Both the position numbers and the translations under genes were made by a program. A DNA stretch of 64,000 nt from a virus, in the IMG/VR virus record IMGVR_UViG_3300033182_000678, positions 1-64,000 of that record; one strand, 5' to 3'. How positions within the stretch are numbered: the stretch's first letter is position 1; every line of letters begins with the position of its first letter. Positions 38,868 to 47,840 of the stretch are shown in pieces. The notes beneath the pieces are model-generated. The model saw nothing but the letters and a program-made list of their open reading frames with translations, ran no database searches and was not told the DNA's origin.

Positions 38868-39968
38868 CTATTTTTTTGGTTTTACAAGAAAATCTTTATC
38901 TCTATTTATATCCTTTACCATCTTCCATTCAAATCCAGTATCTTGATTATACACTAATAAAGTGTGTTTTTCTGTAGCTTCATATTCTGTACCATTAAGA
39001 GTTTTTATTTTAAGAACTTTTTGCTCTCCACTATCAAACGTATTCAATACTCGTTTATAACCATCAGCAGTTAAAACTTTATCATCCCTCGTTATTTTTT
39101 CCATTTGTTTGAAACCATCTTCAGTAAGCACTTCATACCATTTAGGTAAGCATCTTCTTACATTACCTGCCACAACACATTTACCGATTAAATTCATAAT
39201 ATCTACGATGGTTGTGATTGTGATTGGTTCACCACTATTTTTTTCTAATACTTTTCTAATATCATTATGAACTTCTTCTAAAGGGTCTGGCCCACTTGAT
39301 ACTCCACCAAAACCTTTGATAGGTTCTCCTGCTAATCTGATTTTACTATAATCAAATTCAACTGGTGCCTGACCATGAAAATAACTCTCTAATAATAACC
39401 TTAAAGATTCTACCCAACCCTCACGAGTATCAGGTATTTCAAACACTTGTGATGTTCTATCTTTATCAATACCCTTAACTATTATTTCTCCAGCACCTTT
39501 TGTATCAAAACCAACACCAACACCTAACATACTTGCATCCATTAAGAAACAAAATGGTTTTGAATAATCTTCTTTAATGGTTTTTGTTGATACAAATGCA
39601 CAATTATTTAGTGCTGCATATAAACCTTTTTCTTCGGTGATTGGTGTTCCCATAGCCCACAATCCACGACCTGGTGGTAAGAATTTCATATTGAAAATTC
39701 TATCATACATTTCTTGAGCAGATTTTTGAGCTTGCCAAGGATTCCAACCTAATTGATGTGATTCAATCCAATTCATTTGCATTGTATAAGTTCCCTCTAC
39801 AACTCGTTGTACGGTTTCCCACCAACGCTCATTTTTTCCGTCTTCTTTAATTCTTGAGTATGTTCGCATATAAACTAATTCACCTAATCCGTTAAAACCG
39901 AATGGTGCTTTTTTTCTTTTGTACTTACTTACAAAATTTTCTGATAACTTAAACTTATGTTCTCCCAT
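38868..39968 (-). CDS. nrdJ: class II ribonucleotide reductase N-terminal part ending in split-intein IntN
   Basis: RTYSR, PPGRGLW, LNNC, GVGVGFD, VVAGNVRR|CLPK. Confidence 0.93.
   Translation of the reverse strand: MGEHKFKLSENFVSKYKRKKAPFGFNGLGELVYMRTYSRIKEDGKNERWWETVQRVVEGTYTMQMNWIESHQLGWNPWQAQKSAQEMYDRIFNMKFLPPGRGLWAMGTPITEEKGLYAALNNCAFVSTKTIKEDYSKPFCFLMDASMLGVGVGFDTKGAGEIIVKGIDKDRTSQVFEIPDTREGWVESLRLLLESYFHGQAPVEFDYSKIRLAGEPIKGFGGVSSGPDPLEEVHNDIRKVLEKNSGEPITITTIVDIMNLIGKCVVAGNVRRCLPKWYEVLTEDGFKQMEKITRDDKVLTADGYKRVLNTFDSGEQKVLKIKTLNGTEYEATEKHTLLVYNQDTGFEWKMVKDINRDKDFLVKPKK
38871..39152 (-). mobile_element. split intein N-fragment (94 aa) of nrdJ
   Basis: CLPKWYEVLTEDG, block B ATEKH, ends at a stop codon. 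Confidence 0.9.
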
Positions 39969-40096
39969 TGTAACAAACTCCTTATTGTAAACTTACTTTT
40001 TAATTGTCTTCACTATATATGTATTATATATATGGTGGAATACTCCTGAATATATATAAATTTTTTTAATTTTTTATTAAAAGTTTTTTAGAAGTT

Positions 40097-40567
40097 TTAT
40101 TCAAACCCATCTGAATCAAAATCCTTCTTCTTTTGAGCCAAGGTTTTTCTAATATACTCATCTGCATTATTCATTTTACCTTGTGCATCTCTTCCACCTT
40201 GAGTGCTACTTTCATAAATCATAATGTAACCTGTATTGGTATTTATGGTTGCTGGAAAGGTTATTCCATCTGGCCCAAATCTATTTTTAATAACATGAAA
40301 ACGACCTGTATTAGCAATCTTATCTTCCACTTTTCTACTCATACTCATAACAAAATCAGCTGTCATAACTTTACTATAATCTTCACTAACCTTTTCAGCA
40401 CCAATCACATCTTCTTCAAGAGCAGAATTGTGTGAATACACATCATTAACGAAAAACATATGCGTATCTACAACTGTAATATCAACAGTATATTCTTCAC
40501 CCACCAATTCAATCAAAACGATTTCATCCATTACAAAATCTTCTGGATTTAAGTTATGCATTTTCAT
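40097..40567 (-). CDS. replicative helicase C-terminal part beginning with split-intein IntC (40427-40567)
   Basis: VDITVVDTHMFFVNDVYSHN|SALEED; KVMTADF, IKNRFG. Confidence 0.92.
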   Translation of the reverse strand: MKMHNLNPEDFVMDEIVLIELVGEEYTVDITVVDTHMFFVNDVYSHNSALEEDVIGAEKVSEDYSKVMTADFVMSMSRKVEDKIANTGRFHVIKNRFGPDGITFPATINTNTGYIMIYESSTQGGRDAQGKMNNADEYIRKTLAQKKKDFDSDGFE

Positions 40568-41534
40568 TTACAAACTCCTTACATTTTTTAATCACACCAA
40601 CCATATCATTTTTATATTCATTATCATTTATCCGCAAAATTTTATATCCTTTACTTTCTAAAATAATATCTCTTTTAACATCAAGATTTTTATCGTGCCA
40701 ATACTCACAATCAAATTCAATTATAGAATTTCCACACTTAAAATCCGGCATTATTATTTTATTCGGATAATTACTCTCGTGATTTACAAAAAACTGATAT
40801 TCTTTATTTAATTCAGCAAAATAAGATTTCTTCTTTAACTCATCTTCAAGCTTTTCGTATACTCCCCAAAATAATTCTTGTGATATCTTACTATATCCTT
40901 TATTAAATAATTTTGATGATGTTTGAGTAATAGCTAATAACCATTCTTTATACTTTTCTTTTCCAGCTTCATATCCATACTTTTCAATCATTGTTTCTTC
41001 TGTTATTGCCTTTTTCTTGTTGCTTTCTTTATATCTTTCTAAACCTAGCTTTTCACCATACTTTTTTACATAATATTCCAATGAAGAATTATCTTTTATA
41101 TTTCTACAAATTTCTAACCCTCTTTCTTCACCAAATTCATCAATGTATCTTTGTTTAGATACCAAATAACCATGACGGCTATTCCTTTTTTTCCACCTAC
41201 TATATCCATCTTCTATACCATACCGTTTTTGGTATTCTTCAAGTGATAATCCATTATTCCACTTTTTATTCTTAAAATTTTCCCTTTGAGTTTTAAGTTT
41301 CTTATCTAATCTTTCTTGCCATTTTATTTTACCCAATTCTTCACCATATTTTTCTACACAGGCTTTTAATGAAAATGTATTTTTCTTTTTAATCATTTCA
41401 TTATACCAATCTTTACCATGTTTTTTTATCAATTCTTCTTTTGTTTTACCAAAATTCTTTTTATGATTTTTCCACTTACGAAGTCCTTCTTCTTCGCCAT
41501 ACTTTTTTATCCATGCTTGTTTAACTGATGCCAT
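40554..41534 (-). CDS. free-standing putative homing endonuclease (Vsr/DUF559-like) between the helicase halves
   Basis: Repeated KYGEE.G units; PDF..IIEFDCEYWH...RD..L..KGYKILRI. Confidence 0.8.
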   Translation of the reverse strand: MASVKQAWIKKYGEEEGLRKWKNHKKNFGKTKEELIKKHGKDWYNEMIKKKNTFSLKACVEKYGEELGKIKWQERLDKKLKTQRENFKNKKWNNGLSLEEYQKRYGIEDGYSRWKKRNSRHGYLVSKQRYIDEFGEERGLEICRNIKDNSSLEYYVKKYGEKLGLERYKESNKKKAITEETMIEKYGYEAGKEKYKEWLLAITQTSSKLFNKGYSKISQELFWGVYEKLEDELKKKSYFAELNKEYQFFVNHESNYPNKIIMPDFKCGNSIIEFDCEYWHDKNLDVKRDIILESKGYKILRINDNEYKNDMVGVIKKCKEFVNENA

Positions 41535-41588
41535 TATTGTTCTCCAATATCTTACTCATATATAAATATAACAACATCACAAAAATTT

Positions 41589-42908
41589 TCACTTTTTATT
41601 CACTTTTTTTGTAAATAATTTATCACCCACTTTCAATCCAGTTGCAATTGATTTCAATTTACCGTACATAACAGGTAAATCGTGATTAGATGAGATAGTT
41701 ATTTCTTTACCAGACTTTAATTTAACTTTATATACTGGTTGCTTCTCAACTGGAAAAACTTTTGTTACTTTTTTATATCCATCGTGAGTTAAAATTTCAT
41801 CACCCTCTTTTATTTTTCCAATTTCCATTTTACCATTTTCAGTTTCCACTTTATCAGTTAAAATGTGGCAACGATTTGCCTGAGATGCAGTCCATACTGG
41901 TATGTTGAACTCTCCTGCCATACCTCTCAACTCTTCATAGATATGTCCTAACTGATGTCTTTTTTCACTAAAATGTTGTGTGGATTTCATGATGTCTGCA
42001 TAATCCACAATCACTAAATCTGGTTTGAGTCCCTGCATTTCACATTGTTGTAAATGTGCAGTAAGTGTATTAACACTTGCAGTTCTTGTTGGATAATATT
42101 TTATTATCAACTCACCCTTTAACTTTGAAATCTTGTTTTGTACTTCATCTTTATAATATTGTAAGTTACCTGTTGGTTGTCCACTTACAATTGTATCATA
42201 TCTTAACCCTACATATTGTGCATTTAACTCTAATGTATAATGAATTACGGTTTTACCTTGTTTGACTGCATGTGCACCTAATGCCTGAAGAGTCCATGAC
42301 TTACCAATACCTGCTGGAGCAACAATAACACCAAGTTCACCACCTGCCAAACCACCATCCATCAAATCATTTACACTATCCCATTGTGTTGGTAAACATT
42401 CTCTTGTTTGTTTAGTTAATCTCTCTTCCAAACCTGTAATATAATCATGACCAATGTCTCTTTCTACACCTGCCTTCATTGCATTATCTATAACACCTTT
42501 TATCTCATCATACTTTTGATTATCTAATAACTCAACTGATTCCATGATGGCACTTTTGATAACTTGGTTCTTACAGAACTCAAGTGATTTTTCTTTTACA
42601 AATTCTAAATCAGGTGATTCACGATGTTGCCATGCACTTCGTAATGAATCAACAATACTCGTCTTTAGTACATCATTTTCCACATCATCAATGACAACTT
42701 TTAATGCTTCCATTGTCGGTGGGGATTTATACTTTTTAAAATAATCTATTATTGATTTTACAAGAAACTTGTTTGAATCAGAATCAAAATAACTTACTTC
42801 TAAAATGTCACCGATAGTTTTTATAAACTTCGTATCAACTATTAAAGATGTAATAATTTTACTCTGAAAAGATGTTCCATATTTAATTAAAGATTCACTC
42901 ATAACCAT
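41589..42908 (-). CDS. replicative helicase (gp41/DnaB-like) N-terminal part ending in split-intein IntN (41592-41870)
   Basis: APAGIGKS, VDYAD, WTASQANR|CHILTDKVET...SSNH. Confidence 0.93.
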   Translation of the reverse strand: MVMSESLIKYGTSFQSKIITSLIVDTKFIKTIGDILEVSYFDSDSNKFLVKSIIDYFKKYKSPPTMEALKVVIDDVENDVLKTSIVDSLRSAWQHRESPDLEFVKEKSLEFCKNQVIKSAIMESVELLDNQKYDEIKGVIDNAMKAGVERDIGHDYITGLEERLTKQTRECLPTQWDSVNDLMDGGLAGGELGVIVAPAGIGKSWTLQALGAHAVKQGKTVIHYTLELNAQYVGLRYDTIVSGQPTGNLQYYKDEVQNKISKLKGELIIKYYPTRTASVNTLTAHLQQCEMQGLKPDLVIVDYADIMKSTQHFSEKRHQLGHIYEELRGMAGEFNIPVWTASQANRCHILTDKVETENGKMEIGKIKEGDEILTHDGYKKVTKVFPVEKQPVYKVKLKSGKEITISSNHDLPVMYGKLKSIATGLKVGDKLFTKKVNKK

Positions 42909-42917
42909 TTATAATTA

Positions 42918-44048
42918 TCATTTAGTTTTCGGAAATACACGATTTATTTTATCATTATAGTTTTTTATTTCCTCGTAGTCTCCACTTTCTGTTCCCATAA
43001 ATTTTAAAATATTTTCTAAGTCAATTTTTGTTTTGTTTGATACACCATCCATGTACTTTTCAAATAAACTAATAACTTTAAACTTATCTTTTTCATGTAG
43101 GTTCTTTATACATACTCCATCAGGTGCCCACGCATAGTGAAATGAAATGTCATCAGTATTAGTTATAATACCTAAGTTTATAAATTGTTCAATGGATTCA
43201 AATATGTGAAATATATTATATGTAGATACGGTATATTGTATTCCATAATCTATATTATATTCTTTTAGTTTATTTATATTCTTTACAAAGTTATCATGTT
43301 TAAAACCAACTCTGATATACTCACCTAAATCATATAACCCATCACAAGATACTGCAATGTAAATCGTACCTTTTTCTTTTATCTTATTCCAATACTCAAG
43401 TAATGATTCTTCTTGATATTTTAATGTAGATAAGTTTGTATTGTAATGTAGGTGTAGTTTTAATTCTTTATCAGTAACAAACTTTAGGATGTCCATGTGT
43501 TCAGGCATTATCAAAGGTTCACCACCCGCAAAATATATCTTCTTAAGTTTACCTAAGTGTTTCTTTAGATTCTCCATAAAGTTATTCTCTACTTTAATAA
43601 CTTTATTTACATCAGGTGATAATCCACCCAATAACATTTCAGGTTCATACCAAGATGATGAGAAGTCATGACAACATGTTCTACATTTAAAATTACATTG
43701 ATTTGAAAATCTAATATCAATATACTGAAACTCTAATGGAACTTCACCATCAGTAGTTTTTGGTATTTCAAACTCATTATTACTTGGTTCTAAAAATCCT
43801 TGTCGTGCACTATACTCTCCTCTATCTTCTGCTAAATAACAAATATCACATAATTTATTTCTTTCTCCATTCAACATATCCATACGAAGTTTTTTCATTT
43901 CTTCTGAATTAAATACTTCACCTATGGATTCTCTGTTTAAATTATGTGAGTATATGGTTTCTGCAATACAACAAGGTTTCACATGACCTGATGGTTGTGC
44001 ATATAAATGTACAAATGGTAAGGGACAAAATGTTTTACTATTACTCAC
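42918..44048 (-). CDS. radical SAM protein with N-terminal twitch/SPASM domain
   Basis: CPLPF...PCC, CDIC, CNFKCRTC, FAGGEP, YNTN. Confidence 0.88.
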   Translation of the reverse strand: MSNSKTFCPLPFVHLYAQPSGHVKPCCIAETIYSHNLNRESIGEVFNSEEMKKLRMDMLNGERNKLCDICYLAEDRGEYSARQGFLEPSNNEFEIPKTTDGEVPLEFQYIDIRFSNQCNFKCRTCCHDFSSSWYEPEMLLGGLSPDVNKVIKVENNFMENLKKHLGKLKKIYFAGGEPLIMPEHMDILKFVTDKELKLHLHYNTNLSTLKYQEESLLEYWNKIKEKGTIYIAVSCDGLYDLGEYIRVGFKHDNFVKNINKLKEYNIDYGIQYTVSTYNIFHIFESIEQFINLGIITNTDDISFHYAWAPDGVCIKNLHEKDKFKVISLFEKYMDGVSNKTKIDLENILKFMGTESGDYEEIKNYNDKINRVFPKTK

Positions 44049-44230
44049 TCAATGTTCCCATACATATCTTGTACTTTCTTATCATAAAATTCTTTTCTCT
44101 TTTTCTCACGATATTTTTGACGAGCCTTTGCTCTTATCTCTTCTGCATTTCTTTTGTAATGTTCCATCTGCCATCTTCTTTGGGCTTCTCTCTTCTCTTT
44201 TGCAGTATGATATTTTCGTTTTCTACCCAT
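44045..44230 (-). CDS. small basic protein
   Basis: MGRKRKY..., overlap-coupled on both sides. Confidence 0.6.
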   Translation of the reverse strand: MGRKRKYHTAKEKREAQRRWQMEHYKRNAEEIRAKARQKYREKKRKEFYDKKVQDMYGNIE

Positions 44231-44688
44231 TACTCAAACCTTTGTATAGTCCCTTGTATCATTTCAGGTGGCATATTTATTTTTATATCAAATATTTTTT
44301 CTAAAAGTAATATCATTTCATTTCTTGTGATAAAGATGGTTTCAAATCGTCCTCCATACTCCTCTTGACAATGTTTTACAACTGATGGATTTTTTGTTGG
44401 TATGTCGTATTTACCCATTAGTATGTGAACTTTTTTATAATCATATAATTTATAATATTTCCAAACCTTGTGTGGAATTTTTTCACCTATACTCCCTTTT
44501 CCATTTTGATTTGTCGGGTCTACATAAAGTATATCACCATTAGGACATTTTATTTCAAAATCAATCTGACTTTTGTTACCACCACTTTCTTCAATAAAAT
44601 CTTTTATACCATTATAGTTTAAAATATTACGAAGCCAAGTTTGACCATCTACACCTGATTTGTTTGGTTGATTTTGTTTATCACCCAT
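44230..44688 (-). CDS. hypothetical protein, possibly PD-(D/E)XK-fold nuclease
   Basis: IDF...YVD..NQN..GS..EK pattern. Confidence 0.4.
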   Translation of the reverse strand: MGDKQNQPNKSGVDGQTWLRNILNYNGIKDFIEESGGNKSQIDFEIKCPNGDILYVDPTNQNGKGSIGEKIPHKVWKYYKLYDYKKVHILMGKYDIPTKNPSVVKHCQEEYGGRFETIFITRNEMILLLEKIFDIKINMPPEMIQGTIQRFE

Positions 44689-45733
44689 GTGTTTTCTCCG
44701 CCATAAAATTTAATCTATTAAATGTATTTGCTAACCAACTCGTCAAGTTTGGTAAGGCAGTATACATTTTATCTTCAAGAAACATTTTTTGAAATTTATG
44801 TTTAATCATTCTTTGGATTGGTTGTGATGTGATATTCTGTACTTTTAGTTTACTACTACCACCCATAATACCATCATCCAAATCCATTAGTCTTCTGTTC
44901 ATCAACATTTGTTCTTCTGAATTACAAATGTTTTCACATAACTTTACTTGTTTTCGTTTTTTAGATGCACTCTTTAATAAATCATTGATGGTATACTTAA
45001 CATCTTCACTTAACCATGGAAAGTTTTTGAGTAATGTTTTTAACCCTACTCCATGGACACCAGGTATACCATCTGATTTATCTCCATCTAAAACTCTATA
45101 CAATAAAAAGTTTTTAGGACTGATACCAAATTCTTCTTTGATTCGTTCTTCATCGTACATCTTCTTTTTTGTAGGTGAGTAAACTTGAATCCTTTCATCT
45201 ACTAATTGTAAGAAATCTTTATCAGTAGACATAATAGTAACTTTGTCTTTGAAGACATGTTTACTACAATAACCAATGACATCATCTGCCTCAATATTAT
45301 CTATATTGATTATGGTTAAAGGTAGACATTCAAGATACTCAACAACACGATTCAACTGATGAATCATCATCTTTTGTTCGTCTTCGCGAGTCAAAAAATC
45401 ATTTGCTCTATTCAAACGATGAGACATTTTTCTTCCCATTTTATATTCAGGAAAGATTTTCCTACGGCGGTTAGACCCACCCTTACCATCAAACACGATA
45501 ATGGTTCGGGTAGGTCTTACCATATTTATAGTGTAACCAATTGACCTTAAAAAACCAACTATTCCACCAATGTGAACCCCATCATCATTAGTAGTTGGTA
45601 TTGCTGAAAACACTCTAATAAAAGTGTTCAGACCATCTATTAGTAAAACCGAGTCGTTTGGTTCACCACTATCTATTTTACCGCCAGATTTTTTAATCTC
45701 CTCAAGTATTGATATGTATTTCTTCTTAATCAC
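44681..45733 (-). CDS. 5'-3' flap exonuclease (T4 RNase H / PolI N-terminal-like)
   Basis: LIDGLN, VFDG, YK..R, EADD, DKDFLQL, GDKSDGIPGV; GTG start inferred. Confidence 0.92.
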   Translation of the reverse strand: MIKKKYISILEEIKKSGGKIDSGEPNDSVLLIDGLNTFIRVFSAIPTTNDDGVHIGGIVGFLRSIGYTINMVRPTRTIIVFDGKGGSNRRRKIFPEYKMGRKMSHRLNRANDFLTREDEQKMMIHQLNRVVEYLECLPLTIINIDNIEADDVIGYCSKHVFKDKVTIMSTDKDFLQLVDERIQVYSPTKKKMYDEERIKEEFGISPKNFLLYRVLDGDKSDGIPGVHGVGLKTLLKNFPWLSEDVKYTINDLLKSASKKRKQVKLCENICNSEEQMLMNRRLMDLDDGIMGGSSKLKVQNITSQPIQRMIKHKFQKMFLEDKMYTALPNLTSWLANTFNRLNFMAEKTHG

Positions 45734-46823
45734 CAAGAACCTCATCTGTGAAGGTAACATCATCAATACCAAGTTTCTCTTTGTATCTTAATATAACCTT
45801 ATCACAAATGATTTGATATACATACTCTCGTAGTTCATCATTTTCGGTGATTAAATCTTCCCAATCTTTTGATTGGAATTTATGTTCTTCACCATTTTGG
45901 TCTACTAAAGTATACCATGCTCCACCAGTTTTGACTAACTTGTGTTCTTTCAGTACGGTTAACCATGCACCATAATTATCTATACCTCTATCAAAGTACA
46001 TATCATAATCTGCATGTCTCAAAGGTGGGCCTAAACGATTCTTAATAATCTGTGCCCTACACTTCATACCTAATACATTCTTACCTGTATCTTTGATTTG
46101 TCCCATATTCTTCAATCTAATTCTTGTAGATGAATGGAATGGTAATGCCTTACCACCACTTGTTGTCCAAGGGTCTCCAAACATTACTCCGAGTTTTTGT
46201 CTTAATTGATTTGTGAATACGAGTGCAATCTTTTCTCTACCAATAAGTTGAGTGATTTTTCTCATCGCCTTACTGATAATGATTGCCTTGGCAGTTGCCC
46301 AACCATCTTTATCAAAGTCTGCCTCTAATTCTACTTTAGTAGATGCGGCGGCGAGTGAGTCAACCAAGATAGTTACTAATCTATCTTTGTCACTTTCTCT
46401 AACTTTTGTTACTATTTCTTCAATTGCCTCAAAGATATCTTCTACGGTTTCTAAATGTAGATATAACATTTTATTTAAATCTAAACCAATAACTTCCATG
46501 AACTCTTGAGAAACTGAAGTTTCAGTATCTATATAGACTGCAACTCCACCTTTCTTCTGAGTCTCTGCAAGTATGTGTGCACCAAGTAGTGATTTACCAC
46601 TTGATTCTAATCCATTGATTTCTGTAATTCTACCAACTGCAATACCACCATTAGGTCTGTTGGATATTGCCAAGTCTAACATTGAAGAACCTGTAGAAAT
46701 AAATTCTCTAATGTCTGTTGGTGTGGAATCACTTCCATCTAAAAAGTATGCAACTTTATTGTCTTTAAACTTTTTATTCAGACTACTTGCCAAAGTATCG
46801 GCCAATACATCATTTACTGACAT
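45726..46823 (-). CDS. recA: RecA/UvsX recombinase
   Basis: GLESSGKS, YIDTE, VDS, FTNQLR, GGKALPFHSSTR. Confidence 0.95.
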   Translation of the reverse strand: MSVNDVLADTLASSLNKKFKDNKVAYFLDGSDSTPTDIREFISTGSSMLDLAISNRPNGGIAVGRITEINGLESSGKSLLGAHILAETQKKGGVAVYIDTETSVSQEFMEVIGLDLNKMLYLHLETVEDIFEAIEEIVTKVRESDKDRLVTILVDSLAAASTKVELEADFDKDGWATAKAIIISKAMRKITQLIGREKIALVFTNQLRQKLGVMFGDPWTTSGGKALPFHSSTRIRLKNMGQIKDTGKNVLGMKCRAQIIKNRLGPPLRHADYDMYFDRGIDNYGAWLTVLKEHKLVKTGGAWYTLVDQNGEEHKFQSKDWEDLITENDELREYVYQIICDKVILRYKEKLGIDDVTFTDEVLGD

Positions 46824-46843
46824 TCATTTTCTCCTAAGTTAAT

Positions 46844-46873
46844 AATGGGAGCCACAATATATGACTCCCATAT
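46844..46873 (-). terminator. hairpin between ssb and recA
   Basis: ATGGGAG...CTCCCAT inverted repeat. Confidence 0.5.
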
Positions 46874-46884
46874 CTTGTTATAAT

Positions 46885-47640
46885 TTACGAATTAAATAAT
46901 TCATCAAAAGCTTCTGAAGTGTCTTTCACTTTAGAAGACTCTAATTCAGAACTTGTTACGGTATCTTGAGTATCTGATTCACCATCTGATTCCTCTGATG
47001 GGTTCAACCATTCATCCAATACACCTGACAAGTCGTCATAAGATAACTCTTGATAAATCTCACGAATGTCTTGTTGTTCTTTGACTTTCTCTAAGATTTC
47101 AGGTTCGTCTGAAATTGGTGTTTGATTAGGTTTTACTCTAATCTTTGTTGTAGGGAAACTAGCTCCTGTTTCCTCTGCGGATATGAACTCAACTACAACA
47201 TCACGACCATTAACTGGGTCTGTAATATCACCATAATCAGGGTCAGCGATTACAGAAAGTAATTCTTGGTATACGGTTTTACCGAATCCCCAAAATTTTA
47301 CTCCTTGTTTCTCTTCACCTCTTACGATAACAGGTGCAAAAGTTCTCATTTTTGCCTCTAATTTACGAGCCAACTGATAGTCTTCTTTGTTACCACTTCC
47401 ACGAAGTTTCTGTGCAAACTCTTCAATCGGGTCAGGTCTTCCAAAGGATATTGGTGAAAGATATGAACGATTATTGAGATTGTAGTGGAAAAATAACTCA
47501 ATGAAAGGATTGTCTTTATTGAATGAATAAGGAACGATTCTGATTTGAGTTTTACCAGGTTGTGGTTTCCAAAGACTTGATGTTCTGTTGTTTGTTGTTT
47601 GAAGTTGATTTAACCTCTTACGAATAGCATTTAAGTCCAT
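46885..47640 (-). CDS. single-stranded DNA-binding protein (gp32-like)
   Basis: WKP..G...IRIVP, FWGFGKTVY, DITDP..GRD, acidic tail ending FDELFNS. Confidence 0.85.
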   Translation of the reverse strand: MDLNAIRKRLNQLQTTNNRTSSLWKPQPGKTQIRIVPYSFNKDNPFIELFFHYNLNNRSYLSPISFGRPDPIEEFAQKLRGSGNKEDYQLARKLEAKMRTFAPVIVRGEEKQGVKFWGFGKTVYQELLSVIADPDYGDITDPVNGRDVVVEFISAEETGASFPTTKIRVKPNQTPISDEPEILEKVKEQQDIREIYQELSYDDLSGVLDEWLNPSEESDGESDTQDTVTSSELESSKVKDTSEAFDELFNS

Positions 47641-47755
47641 TGTTTATCTCCTATTTGTTAATTTATTAATTGTTAATTAGTATTCAAGTATAACCTTGAT
47701 ACAATAATATATATCATATATATTTGTAAAAAACGGATTTATTTTCATTATTTGC

Positions 47756-47827
47756 AAAAAAAATGGTCATCTTGTTTTTAAGTTTGTAAATAAGGTGGAA
47801 ACTAAAAATCGTGTGACCATTTTTTTT
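47756..47827 (-). terminator. long hairpin terminator after the candidate ncRNA
   Basis: 14-bp perfect inverted repeat AAAAAAAATGGTCA / TGACCATTTTTTTT with additional internal pairing. Confidence 0.7.
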
Positions 47828-47840
47828 AAGTTTATGAAAT

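Noticed and set aside
35429-42908. nrdJ and helicase as pseudogenes or assembly errors
   Set aside because: Breaks coincide exactly with intact intein termini, and the joined exteins restore continuous conserved motifs
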